Assembly (NCBI RefSeq): GCF_000143415.4
Contig: NW_003314389.1
Span: 146,892-210,891 of the forward strand
Direction of reading: 5' to 3'
Source of the DNA: Selaginella moellendorffii
Lineage: Eukaryota; Plantae; Lycopodiophyta
DNA: 64,000 nucleotides
A model generated the notes under the pieces. The model was not told the DNA's origin and made no database searches. It saw nothing but the letters and a program-made list of their open reading frames with translations. The translations under genes and the position numbers were made by a program. Positions 36,701-48,397 of this stretch are shown piece by piece; the first letter of the stretch is position 1, and every line of letters begins with the position of its first letter.

Positions 36701-39700
36701 ACTCCCACGTGTCATGTGTTGGTCCTTTTGGGTCCCTTTTTGGAGCCTCGCTTTTTGCTCGCTTCGTGCTCGTTCCTCGAGCACTTCTTTGGGAGTTCCA
36801 CTCCCGCTCTTGACTTTTCAAGTTGGAGCTTTTGGTCCAAACGTGTTACGCTCGTTTGGCTCTTGCTTTAGCCACTACCACGTGGCACCCTTTCCGGCTC
36901 CACTTTGGGGCCTAGGGATTTTGTGTCTCACAACTCCACCACCCATAGACGAAGTTCAATGTCCTCATCAAACGGTAAACCCTTTCATAAAGTAACACCC
37001 ACACATGTTACCATTTCCATCCTTGGCACCTAGCCAATCTTTGTCTATGGTTTGACACCAAAGGCTCACTATGCTTTGTCCATCCTTTAAGGAGCGTAGT
37101 CTCTCCAACTTAGAGACTGATTGGACCACATGTAATGGTTCTCTCCTTTTATTGGTTTAGTTCTCGCTAAACCTCTTAGAGACCCTTCTCTAAGTCAATC
37201 CTACTACTCCTTCTCGAGTAGTCTCAATTTCCATCGATATAACCTCTGCACTTTGGAACTTTGAATTTTGACTCCTTGGAGTCAATTTCCTAGGTGTCTT
37301 CAACACCTTGCCTTGCACCTTTTGTGCAACTCCACTTCCCATCCTAGGAAGTTCTCTACTCGAGGGCACCATCATCCTCTCTTCTATTTCGTGCCAAAGT
37401 TCCAGTTATCATACTTTGTGCTAGGGCTGTTCATGGCCCTATCATTTGGCTACTTTACCGCTCCCTCCCTTGGAGCTTCCACTTTCGCCAAACCGGAGCA
37501 TTTCGGAATCCCTCCTTGGAAACACACTTCCTTTCCCGCAACTTGTTAGCATCCAACACATTAGTGTTCCTCGCCTAACTTTGTCACTTCGATTCCCCCC
37601 AAGGGATTCCACGGCCCTATCTTGGCCACTCATCTTTTGCTCCTATCCGTTGATTGTTGCACCAAGCAACATCGAATCTCTACCTCCCTCCTTGAGGTAT
37701 TGTTTCGGTTCCATAGCAAAGACTCTTCTTTGCCAAGTCCGGAGGATGTTCACCCCTAGTACGTCTCTTTAGCATCTTCTGCTATGGGCTCTATCCACGG
37801 CCCAACTTCGTGACCCTCCCATGGGTCTTTTATAGAGACTACTTTCCTCGGACTCACTATGCCATCTCACGGACATAGTTTATTTCCCTTAGGTGCTCTT
37901 CCCACTTGGTCATCACGACCAAGCCACACCACCTTAAACAGTTCAATTTCAACATTTTGAACCAGGAACTTCATTCCTTAGCCAACCAAGGACCTTGTCC
38001 TTATCTGGCCATAAGATCATCTAGTGATCTCACCTTGGCACCTTAACAAAGTTGCCAAGAGGTACTTGGTCTTCTAGACCTCCAAGTTGTTGACTATAAC
38101 CCCGGGGGCATCCCCCACACTTGGCGGTGCACCCAAGCCAGCCCTTACGGCCAAGGGTTCATAGCAACTGAGATTAGGTGTCCCCATCTCACTCACCACG
38201 ACCTTGGTGCCACTTGCACCAAAGCGTTCAAGTTAGATATGCTGAGCTTTCACACTAAGCAATCTAACCGTGCATCATGACTCCGAGGCATCCCTCGCTT
38301 GGCGGTGTGCCCAAACCAGCCTCCCCACTGAGAGTCCATGACCACCGAAATATGAGTGTCCTCATATTCCAAACCATCACCACGCCCTAGTGATTTGGGA
38401 CTCGAACCCAAGCACTAGAGGGTCGGGACTCGAACCCAACCTCCGTATATGCATCTACGGACGGCATCACACAAGATGCCTGGCGTGACTCCCCACGCCG
38501 GTGCACCAACTTATTTTTAAAGCGCGCTACAGATCACAGCTTAGGAACCTAGTTCCTCCACACTGCCAAGTCCTCTCACTTGACATGTCTGTGATCATGC
38601 ATGGACTCCTCCATGCTCGGCCCCATGGCCCACCCTTTTTGAAGTTATCACCTTCAACTAGGGTATTTGTTCCCCCGACGTGCCAATCTCGCTTGGCAAG
38701 TCCTCCGACCACTGTAACATAGTTCCTGCATAAGCGTGAAAGTCCTTGACCATCGACTTTCGTTCAAAGCCCTCTCTTTGAACACTCGGGAACTACTTCC
38801 CTAACCTTGATAGCCTTGCCTCATGGCAAGCTTCAAGACCACGCTTCTGCTGCGCCACTCTGATTTCGCGCGTTCCATGAACCATTTACACTTGGCCTTT
38901 CTAGGTACTAAGCTACCTAGAATCGTCTTTGGGAACCTTGAAGGAACTCTGTCCTTCAGCTTGCTAAGGCCTCCCTTTTTCCAAGCCTTCCAAATGCCAC
39001 ATAGTCTAACATGGACAATTCCATATTTTAGACTCTCCATGGCATCACGGTTGCTAGCGGCAACACCCTTGAGCCCCCACTTGATTCTCCACTCCCAGCT
39101 GGCATAACCAACCTTGGTTATGCCCTTTGATTCCTATGGTTCGGTTCTATCCCCTTACTTCTTGCTTTTTGGCTTCACACCTTTCCTTTGGTCATTCTCC
39201 TCAAGACCAGGAGGATAGCTTTGCACTTTCTATCATGCTTTAGCAAGTATTCTTAGGGATGAACCTACTTAATAGCCTAGGGAGTGGTTCCTCAATCCGG
39301 GTATGCTCACCTTATAATCCCACACACTGGGATTACATTGTTGCTTATGGGCCTTTACATGCCCATCACTAGCCTTGCCAAAATTCCATTTTTCGCTTTG
39401 TCCAACTCGGGTAGACAGTCCTCTCCTGTCTCCGCAACCTTGGACATTTGGATAGCACCTTCTATCCATCATTCGCTAGGGACTTAGTCCCTTGGGCTTT
39501 ATCCATTGCCCTCGCGACATCAAACACCACCTTCTGGTGTTCTAGAGTGTTCGGGTGTCCCAATGATGGCTTTCTTGACAATGAGTATTTCCTTTTATGA
39601 CATTGACTTACTATATCGCAACACAAGCAACTTATCCCCCGTAAAGGTATATTCAACTTCCCTATGCTATTAAGAAGTCTTGGGTAGCTACCTTCTACCC

Positions 39701-41991
39701 GTTTAACCAGTTATTTTGCACCTCTTGCTTAGTTGCCTCATAGTTGTCAAGTCCTACAACTCATTGCTTGGTGCTTTCACACCTCCATCATTATCTGGGT
39801 CACCACACTCCAACTGCATGCTCTGCAACTTAGGCTATGCTATTCCCATTTCCATTGGGATTCCTTTGGCAAGGGGTTCTCATGAACCCACCAACATAGC
39901 CTCAAGGTATCACACCTTGGCACATTTGGTGTCTCCACACCATCGGCTCCACGAGCCTACCTCTATGACATTTCCCCTTCGTGTCTAAGTCTTTGCCAAG
40001 ACCAACACCGCTCTTTCTTATGCCAACCGTTAGCACTGCACCATAGAGGTCACACACAACTTTATGTCAAAGTTGTTTTCTTCTGGGAACACCTTTCCCA
40101 TAACTTTAGCATGGCACATTCTGCCATTGATGAGATACCCTCTTTTCTCATCCTTGGATCCTATGATCCCCCCCCCATCCTTTGTGGGGTACAACACACC
40201 TCAGTCCAAATGCTTCCATCAGTCCTTTTAGGACCATCCGTTGACTCTACTTGAGTCATCCAACAGTTTTGGACTTGGTTAATCCACAGACCCGTAAGGT
40301 CCTACTTGTGAGGCACTAGCTCACTGGAATACATTTCTTGCATTCCTGTCCTACTCAAAAGGACTATTTTCACAAGTGTTACTCCGACACTTGATTTTGT
40401 TCTCTGGGGGCAACCTTTGCCCCTTAGGACTACTTGTCCATGTGATGAGAACACCAACTCATCCACTTAATACATCCCCAACTCCTTGGGTTGTTCCAGC
40501 ATTTATTAGAGGTAGCCCCGGCTACCTTTTCAAGGGCTTGAGTCCTCTTCCGTATTTGACCTCCCACGGTCATTACTTCTGGTCTCACATTCATGAGCAC
40601 CAACCTCAACTATATGAGGAAAATCTTGTGACTCCTTTATTGCTTTGGAGTCTTTATCTTTCCCGTAATCCCAACTGTAGTTGTTTACCACAACTACATT
40701 AGCCAGTTTGCTAAGTCAAACGCTCATCTGGATCACATCCTCAACTTTTTTTTTTTTGAGGAAAACCATATACTATTCCCAAGATCCCAAAGTCGTTCCA
40801 TTATTGGCCCTTTTCTATCCACCACCCCGTCTACAAGTTCACACATGAACTGTAATGGAGAGCCATGTCTTCCCGACTTGCTACTCCTCAAGGATAGGCC
40901 CACTCCTCGGACATTCCGATGCTAACACTAGTGGTGATATACTTGAGCACCAATAAAAGTCGGACTAAGGAACAGCTCCGATACCAAATTGTAAGTGACT
41001 AATTTTTCCATTCTACTTTAGTCACTTAACCACACCTCCGACCACTTGGAGGAGTCTCATTCACAACCTCCATAAGTCCCATTCAGGACTTGGGGCTTGC
41101 TAGCCCCGAGAATGGCATCCATGCCACTCAACCTTTGCACTTGGTCCAAGTGCTCCACGTGTCCAATCCCATGACCGACACACAAAGGTACCACTGACAT
41201 CTCGGCCCGTTACGCTAAGGCCATGCCCATTCACCTTTGCTGCGCAAATGGTCCAATACCACTTGCATCACCATCCCGTCTCTCCAAGACTGGGCCATCT
41301 GTCTACGAGGGGTCATTCTAGATCCACTCCTTAGCATCCTTAGGATGCCCATAGACCTGGGGAATCGCCTTCCCCAAAGTTCCTTTGTCAGTTCCTACCA
41401 AGTCCCTTTCTGCCCCTGGCCGTGTTTGCCAACACTGCCACTGGATCGAGGCCCACAGGCCCAACCACTAAGTCCCACGGTCCTCTGGGACTTCCTCACC
41501 ACACGACTGTGTCCTTGGTCACTACCCCAGAGGACTGCTCCTCTTCCTTTCCACAGTCTGGGCCTTTGGGACGACATTTCGGAACACCGTGGCCTTACGC
41601 GAGCCACCTGGGTACTCTCCCCACCTATCGCCTTTAGGTGCTCTAGCCATGGGCTTAGAGCGAGGTTCCGTTGAGCCACGCCTGGTATCCAAGTAGGCAG
41701 TGCCACCCACACTTGGACTGGGAGCATCGGCCAGTCGATCTCCCGGGGGAACTAGAGCCGGCTCTTGAACACTTCACCAAGCTACCCCGCTTGTCGGTCC
41801 GTATTCACTCTAGTCTTGGACTTCCCAGTGGTTAGTTCATCACCCAACACTGGGTCTGGCCTTCCTGGGCCAAACTGGCCTTTCCTGGCCAAACTAGCTC
41901 CACTGCAGTCCTCCCCCTACTATACTTTTGGAGCTCACCAAACCCCCCAGGGTCTGGGAGACGAACGCTTTGGGCTTTCACCCTCTCAGGC

Positions 41992-42491
41992 TCCGGACTC
42001 GGACTCGGACTCGGACTCGGACTCGGACTTGGACTCAGATTCGGATTCGGACTCGGACTCGGGCTCGGGCTCGGTCTCAGCCTCGGCCTCGGTCTCGGTC
42101 TCGGTCCCGATCTTGGTCTCGGTCTCGATCTCGGTCTCGGTCCCGGTCTCGGTCTCGACTTCGGACTCCATCTCGGACTCCATCTCGGACTCCATCTCGG
42201 GTCCATCTCGGGTCCATCTCGGACTCCATCTCGGACTCCATCTCGGGTCCATCTTGGACTCCATCTCGGACTCCATTTCGGGTCCATCTCGGACTCCATC
42301 TCGAACTCCATTTCGGGTCCATCTCGGGTCCATCTCGGACTCCATCTCGGACTCCATCTCGGGTCCATCTCGGGTCCATCTCGGACTCCATCTCGGACTC
42401 CATTTCGGGTCCATCTCGGGTCCATCTCGGACTCCACTTCGGACTCCAACTCGGGTCCCCCTCGGACTCCACTTCGGACTCCATCTCGGAC
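41992..42491. repeat. Same tandem array in the 5' LTR, shorter
   Basis: Directly visible periodicity. Confidence 0.95.
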
Positions 42492-43018
42492 ACTCCCACG
42501 TGTCATGTGTTGGTCCTTTTGGGTCCCTTTTTGGAGCCTCGCCTTTTGCTCGCTTCGTGCTCGTTCTTCGAGCACTTCGTTGGGAGTTCCACTCCCGCTC
42601 TTGACTTTTCAAGTCGGAGCTTTTGGTCCAAACGTGTCATGCTCGTTTGGCTCTCACTTCGGCCACTACCATGTGGCACCCTTCCGGCTCCACTTTGGGG
42701 CCTAGGGATTTTGTGTCTCACACACTCCACATGAGCCAGGAGCACCGTAGTCGGTTTCCCTTTCGGGAGTGGGAGCTAAACCTTAAGTCTAGTCTAACCC
42801 GGGGAGGGGGATTGGGAGAGATTTGGGAATCTGTGGATGAATAGCTAACACTCCGTTGCTCATGCAGTGAGTAGCTGAAACCAAGTAGGACCAAGTAGGA
42901 GCTGGTACAATAGGTGGGAACCTTGGCGAGGGAACTTAGCACAAGCCAAGGTAGTGTTAGTCGGATAGACGAGGTAAGTTGGCAAATTGGAAATGAAAAA
43001 TTTGTGGCTTACAGGCTC

Positions 43019-43723
43019 GTTCGGACATTCAAAGGAATGATTGCAAAGTATGTGAACTTTCAGCATTCAGATTGGAATAGTTATTTGCCGTTTCTTCAAT
43101 ATGCATATGTCACAGGGGTTGGATGTAGATCTCATCCACACTCCAAGTCACACAGAGGTACTTTCTTAAGATTAAGTTTTGTCAAGAAAGAAAAGGTGTA
43201 GAGTTTAGTTGGTGCTTCACCATATAAACTTCTATATGGTCATGATTTAGTATTACTAACGAAGCTGGGTTTACCTTTGTGATTGCCATGAGCTGCCGAT
43301 GCTAGGTCATGGGATCAGTATTTGACGAGCATTCTTCCACTTATCTAAGCAGAGTCTACCAAACACTTAGGCCGTGTACAAGTAGGACAACAATGGCACT
43401 ACAACTCACACCGTCGTCCACCTGCCGAGTACAAAGTGGATGACTTCGTGTTAGTTTGTTTTTCCTATCTTATGGTACGTGGTTTATCTAAGGGGCTCCT
43501 TGCTCAGTGGAAAGGACCGTATCGGATGTTGTGGCAAGTTGGACCACAAGTTTATGAGATTTGGCATGACGTCCAACAGGCCGATCCTCCAAAAATTATG
43601 CATATGCAACAGTTGAAATGCTTCATACAAAGAGATCAGGAACAACTAAGACCATCTACAGATCAGCCGATGCCTCCTTCTGATGTTCCTTTAGATCTTG
43701 GCCCATCTACAAGAGAATTCTGA
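43019..43723 (+). pseudogene. Gypsy integrase C-terminal part (GPY motif, no chromodomain)
   Basis: Resumes after the TSD as VRTFKGMIAKYV..DWNSYLPFLQYAY and WKGPYRML. Confidence 0.85.
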
Positions 43724-44001
43724 TGGTCTTCCATTATTCCAAGAGGAGGAGATGATGTGAGGTCCAAGTGTATGGCTACGATGCCATATATTAACATTAG
43801 CGTAGTGGGATTTTGGTAGCTGTCAGATTGGTTTTAATCCAGACCACTTGCTCCTATATATAAGCTAGGGTTTTTGGGTTAATTGATATGCACATTTTCT
43901 GTATTCCCTTTCCATATTCCAAACACTCACACTTTTTAATATAATGATATTTATATATTCAAAAAAGTAGCAATCTCTATTATATTTTCTTTCTTGCTTC
44001 A

Positions 44002-45207
44002 GACACTTGCTTGTGGTAGGGATCAATCACTTCCCTTACTCGCTTGGCAAGGATTTTTTTTGGCACACAAGCTGTTATATGCATGAGCTTTGAGAAGTAC
44101 CAAAGCAATCATAGGGACTCTTGGCATCATGACAACTAAATGATCAAACTCTTATCATCTAGTCTGGTCTCACAGTGCTTTGCCTCATCCTTCTTTCCAA
44201 TGACATTGTGGGTGCTGACAGTAAATCTAGTGCTTTTTTCTTGGATTTATACCCTTAGTTTTTTTGTTCTTCTGGTAGGAAGACTCTTGACATACAATTG
44301 AAATGCTGCATGGATTGCCAAAGAGAGTCAATTCTGGTAATGTTCTTCCTAGTTTCTTTAACTTTTATACATAGAACAAGATGCACACTTCACAGGTATA
44401 ATGCCTTGCTTGCTGTGTCCTTAGTGTTGCTACATTGCAACTTCTTTTTTCTTGGGATATTCGTGTAAGTGGCTCAATCCTGCTTATCAAGATTGCAAGC
44501 TCAATCTCTTCTTTATCACGAGCTCACTATGTCTTGGCATCTCTTTTTCTTCTATCTTCATGCATCCTCAGGTAACGACATTTTTTCTATTGAGTATGAA
44601 TGATTGTTTGTTTTTGTTCCAGCTGAATGGGCACCTGCTACCTGCTTTAGTGATAGTGCTCTACTGCATGTAATTATGCTACAGCGCATTGTCAAGAAAG
44701 CCATGAAACTACAATTGAATCAGAGTGCCCATGCTCGTCATGGGAATGGCCACTACATTTATCTCCGTGATATATTCTGCAGACTCTTTGACCACTTTCC
44801 TGTCACTGCCATCTCCTCCTCACAAAAAAGGGAACATCAGAGTGACTTTGTGAGATTTTTTACTCAATTCTTCTTCCAGAAGCTCCTTTGCAACCTTTGC
44901 TCTCAAGGAGAGATTTCAAAAACAGCAACAAACTAAGCAGCTGGATCTGAGCATGACTTCCACGAAGCAAAGATGCCATCCCAGCACCGTCCTGTCACGT
45001 ACATCTACTCATTCTTTTATCTCTTGTGAGCATGTACTCGGCTATGTTGCTCACCAGACAGGAGACAAGGATGCTATTGACATTGGCAAGCCTTCAAAAT
45101 TGGTCAAGATTGGCACAATGTGGTTCACAGCGGCACTATACATTTGGTTGCTCATAGCTCCACTCATTCTTCCAGATCAAGACTGCCAAACGAGAGGACA
45201 AGATTGA
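44002..45207 (+). pseudogene. SERINC/TMS membrane protein fragment
   Basis: RDSWHH, AWIAKESQFW|YNALLAVSLV, DCKLNLFFI, LLPALVIVLYCM*LCYSALS, PVTYIYSFF and TAALYIWLLIAPLILPD; several stops. Confidence 0.82.
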
Positions 45208-45880
45208 AGTTGGAGAGGGAACGTTTTGGTTTGCTTCTACTGTCACTGAGCTTGGGTGTTTTGGCTCACGGTGAGAGTTCGGATGCAAGTATGGCTATCC
45301 ACAGCTACTCTAGATCCTTTCCTCAGGCCGAGAGGATCATCAGGGACACTCTTAGCAGCACACCAGTTAGGACGGGACGATACCAGGAGGTGTTCTTTGC
45401 TTGCACTTCCACGACTGTTTCATCAATATGAGTAACTTTACAAGCCTTAAATTCTGCTCTTCTAACTTCGCTATTCCAGGGCTGTGATGGATCGATTCTT
45501 CTTGACTCAACTCCCACCGATGGAACTAAAGTGGAAAAATTGTCACTTCATGTTTGCCAGGAGCTATGAGAAGATCAAGGAAGCAAAGCAGAGGTTGGAA
45601 GCTGCATTTTCTGACGTTGTCTACTGCCGACACTCTTGCCATAGCTGCCAGAGATTCAACGCTCATGGTAAGTTTAGCATTATTTTTAGAAATGCTGAAT
45701 AAATTTCTAAGATGGGGAGGAAAATATTACCAAGTCCCAACCAAATGCTACGATGGAAGAGTTTCTATCCAGGAATGCGGCAACACCTTAAAATCTCCAT
45801 TTTTGAGTTGTGTCAGGTCTCATTAAAAACTTCAAGGAGCGTGGTTTGTCAGTCAAGGACATTGTCTTTCTCTCAGATAC
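45204..45880 (+). pseudogene. Class III peroxidase fragment, copy 2 (the block to about 46400 duplicates 11760-12690)
   Basis: YSRSFPQAERII, LHFHDCF|GCDGSILLDSTP, ARSYEKIKEAKQRLE, TADTLAIAARDST, YQVPTKCYDGRVS. Confidence 0.85.
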
Positions 45881-46559
45881 AAATCAATTTAAACTTCAGT
45901 CTCTTTCCATCCAGTTTGTAAGTAGACATTGACACTACTCATGCACTGATTGATTGAGTGGCCAGTCACGTTCATATCAGTGGCTGCAGTGACAATAAAT
46001 CAAGAGCACCACTGTGCAAAGCTGCTGCATCGGCAGTGTGCTCCTCACTGTGAAACTCCTAGCAAACACTGGCTATTTCGATTGGCTCCAAACTGTAAAA
46101 CAGTTGTAAAACACAAAATCTTAGGATCTTACTCCACCCAGATCACTGCAAAAATGCAACCCATAAATTCTCTTCCTTTCAATTCCTTAACAATAGAACA
46201 ATTGCAACAGAACATGGCATTAGTGTACAAAAAAAGAAGAAAAGTGAATACCTGGCTTCAAATTTCAATACCCAAGATCTGCAAAGAACTGTAGGATCTT
46301 GCTCGATAAATTTGGTTTCCTTCATAAACCTAAAATTTCCAAAGCTACAAATCTAGAATTCAAGAGGCACCACCGTTTTTGCCACCATGTAATGATCCTC
46401 ACCACACATCATGAATTGTGTCACTTATTTCCAACGCCCAACGAGCCCACATTGCCATCCTATTTGTGATCAACAGTAACAAACTAAAAAGGCAGGTGAA
46501 AATATCTAACGTTTTAATGTAGTCTAGAAAAATGAATTTCTCCTCGGCAAGTTATGAGA

Positions 46560-47357
46560 ATTGTTATTTTCTCCCATATTTGCAGTCACTTATAGAAACA
46601 GAATCATTTGTCCAGAATGATTTTTCTATGATAAAATCATCTATACCTAGAGGCTTGAACCTGTACTTTTGGATGTCTGGTAGTCTGTGCTTTTGAGATC
46701 CCATATCCAAAGAAGCAACATTGGAAACTTTCAAATTTACTACCACTGATCTCTATATGGACAAAAAATACCAACTCGCCTTCTTCTAGCTGTTGTCATT
46801 CAAATGCAATGGATTTAAGGCAAGAAATTCTCTGAAAATAAGCACCATCATTCAGCAAAGAAAGTACAATTTAGAGCAGAGACACATTGATACCTGCTCA
46901 TTGCTCAGCATCCTGCTGCTTCTCTTCGCTCTTGTTAGCCATAAAAGCCTGAACTTAAATATTTTATGATTTGAAAAGTACACACAAAGTGGGAACACTA
47001 GGTTGTATTCCACCACCTGTATATTTTCATAAAGAAATATAGCTTTCTCCCAGTTTCTTATCTTGCCACAAAATATTTCATCAAGTTCAAAGCAGTAACA
47101 TTATAGTGACTCACGTGCTAGAGACTCCAATTAGGGAGCTGAATATCACAGCACCAGGAATAAGAGAGTACTTTTCAACTTCTTGTAATACAAAAGTGCA
47201 GTCGAATTTACCACCATGGCCAGCAATATCAATCAAAGCACTAAAGAAAATCTGCATAATGAAAATCAAGTAAACATGCAAAATGAAATTAGATCACAAA
47301 TTGTTACCTCGTCTGGTTTCACACCTTCTTTCTTCATGTCATTGTAGATGGAAAATG
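46560..47357 (-). pseudogene. MRL1: MRL1 fragment, copy 2
   Basis: FSIYNDMKKEGVKPDE|IFFSALIDIAGHGG..IFSSLIG; 46893-47122 is near-identical to 9040-9256. Confidence 0.8.
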
Positions 47358-47472
47358 TACTGTACTTATCCACCACCGTCATATTATGGTTGGCTATGGA
47401 GAAAAAGAGCTCCATGTTGAGAGGTAGAGGAGGTATCTCTTGCTGGTGATCGCATTCAAGGTGTAACATTCT
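47358..47472 (-). pseudogene. Laccase exon fragment fused to MRL1
   Basis: LNMELFFSIANHNMTVV, a plant laccase domain 2 motif. Confidence 0.75.
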
Positions 47473-47747
47473 GTGAGAGAACAAGAAGAATGGTGAACAC
47501 ACACACACACACAGAGATTGTAGCTCACAATCTACCCAATTGCCCTAAAAATTTCACTTGTTTTAGAGCATCATTAAAATCAAAATTGATGTGTTGCCAC
47601 CCTTTTGGCATGTGATCTATGCCATCTATTTGAAGTTTTTGAATTTCAGCCGTTAAATTATAAGTATATTCACAAATAATATTCTAAATATGGAATAAAA
47701 GACAGCAGATGCCATATGCCAACAGCACTTTTAAATAAGGGAGTATA

Positions 47748-47775
47748 CTAGCAAAAGTCCCAGCTACACTGGGAG
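47748..47775 (-). mobile_element. Helitron 3' terminus
   Basis: Minus strand CCCAG-TGTAG-CTGGG hairpin, spacer, CTAG|T; directly downstream of the RPA remnant. Confidence 0.8.
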
Positions 47776-47994
47776 CATCATATTTATTCCTGATGTTTTA
47801 GTAATTTCAAAGAGTTGTAATCATAATTGTAATTTTTAACATAATCATAATTATAACACATTGTTAAACATAATATAATATTTATATTAATACTCACTTC
47901 TACAATTGACTCTATCACCAACATACATCATAACCTAATAAATATAACCCATAACATTGTATCTTTGATCTTCTATAAATAGCATTACTCAGGC

Positions 47995-48397
47995 CTACAA
48001 GCCAAGCTTAGAAGCATCTAAAACACTTGTTCTATTAAGAACAACATTTGGAATAGGTACATCATCCTCTACACACTTGATCTCCATAGTCTTGCTTGCT
48101 TTTATCTCCCAATTTGATTTATATGGTGTATATGGTTTAGAGTGTTGTACACCACTATTCCCTGAAAACATATAGACACTGCCTTGCTAAATCTCACTTG
48201 AAAGATGCTTTGCATTCTTGCCAAACCCAACAATATGTATTTCAGAACTTTCTGCATTGGCAACATCAACTGACATAACACATCCAGCTGTGCCTGTTTC
48301 AAAGAATACAAATTTCCCTTTGTGTGTCACCTTGGCGCGAAAAGACCATCGGTAGCAGTGGTCGTTGATGTCCTTAATTGGCATCTCATTGATCATG
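47995..48397 (-). pseudogene. Helitron-type RPA70 OB-fold remnant
   Basis: PIKDINDHCYRWSFRAKVTHKG..SVDVANAESSEIHIVGF..VYMFSG..VEDDVPIP; intronless and next to a Helitron end. Confidence 0.8.

Larger units (their letters stand above)
34889..42722 (-). mobile_element. Long-LTR retroelement without recognisable coding capacity (LARD-like); 5' LTR 40990-42722, 3' LTR 34889-36932
   Basis: TG..CA termini, TSD CACTC (34884-34888 and 42723-42727), minus-strand PBS TGGTATCGGAGC and PPT GGGTGGTGGAGT. The 4-kb interior has no long ORF. Confidence 0.9.
34432..43006. mobile_element. Non-autonomous long-TIR element (~735 bp once the nested LTR element is removed)
   Basis: ~200-bp inverted repeats at 34432-34632 and 42765-42965; right end extends a further ~40 bp to ...TTTGTG; GCTTA duplicated at 34427-34431 and 43007-43011. 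Confidence 0.75.
33841..43013 (-). mobile_element. Cassandra-type TRIM with 5S-derived LTRs (3' LTR 33841-34034; 5' LTR 34239-34431 plus 43012-43013), split by later insertions
   Basis: 5S A/IE/C-box-like segment in both LTRs, tRNA-Met PBS, PPT, and TSD GGCTC at 33836-33840 and 43014-43018. Confidence 0.9.
29728..43931 (+). mobile_element. Ty3/Gypsy LTR retrotransposon (degenerate), 176-bp LTRs at 29728-29903 and 43756-43931; host of the nest
   Basis: TG..CA LTRs, PBS TGGTGGAGGTG (tRNA-Ala-like), PPT AAGAGGAGGAGATGA, CTTT on both flanks. Domain order gag-PR-RT-RH-IN. Confidence 0.93.

Noticed and set aside
35746-36995. Long ORFs (146-357 aa) on both strands, repeated at 41765-42734
   Set aside because: Artefacts of stop-free tandem repeats inside LTRs; low complexity, open in many frames.
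34432-43006. DIRS-type retroelement (asymmetric inverted repeats)
   Set aside because: No internal complementary region, RT or tyrosine recombinase found; a deletion of the left TIR tip explains the asymmetry.
28270-45207. Exon 28270-28392 as the first exon of the SERINC gene across the TE nest
   Set aside because: It lacks the Cys-rich SERINC N-terminus, and the SERINC part has multiple stops.
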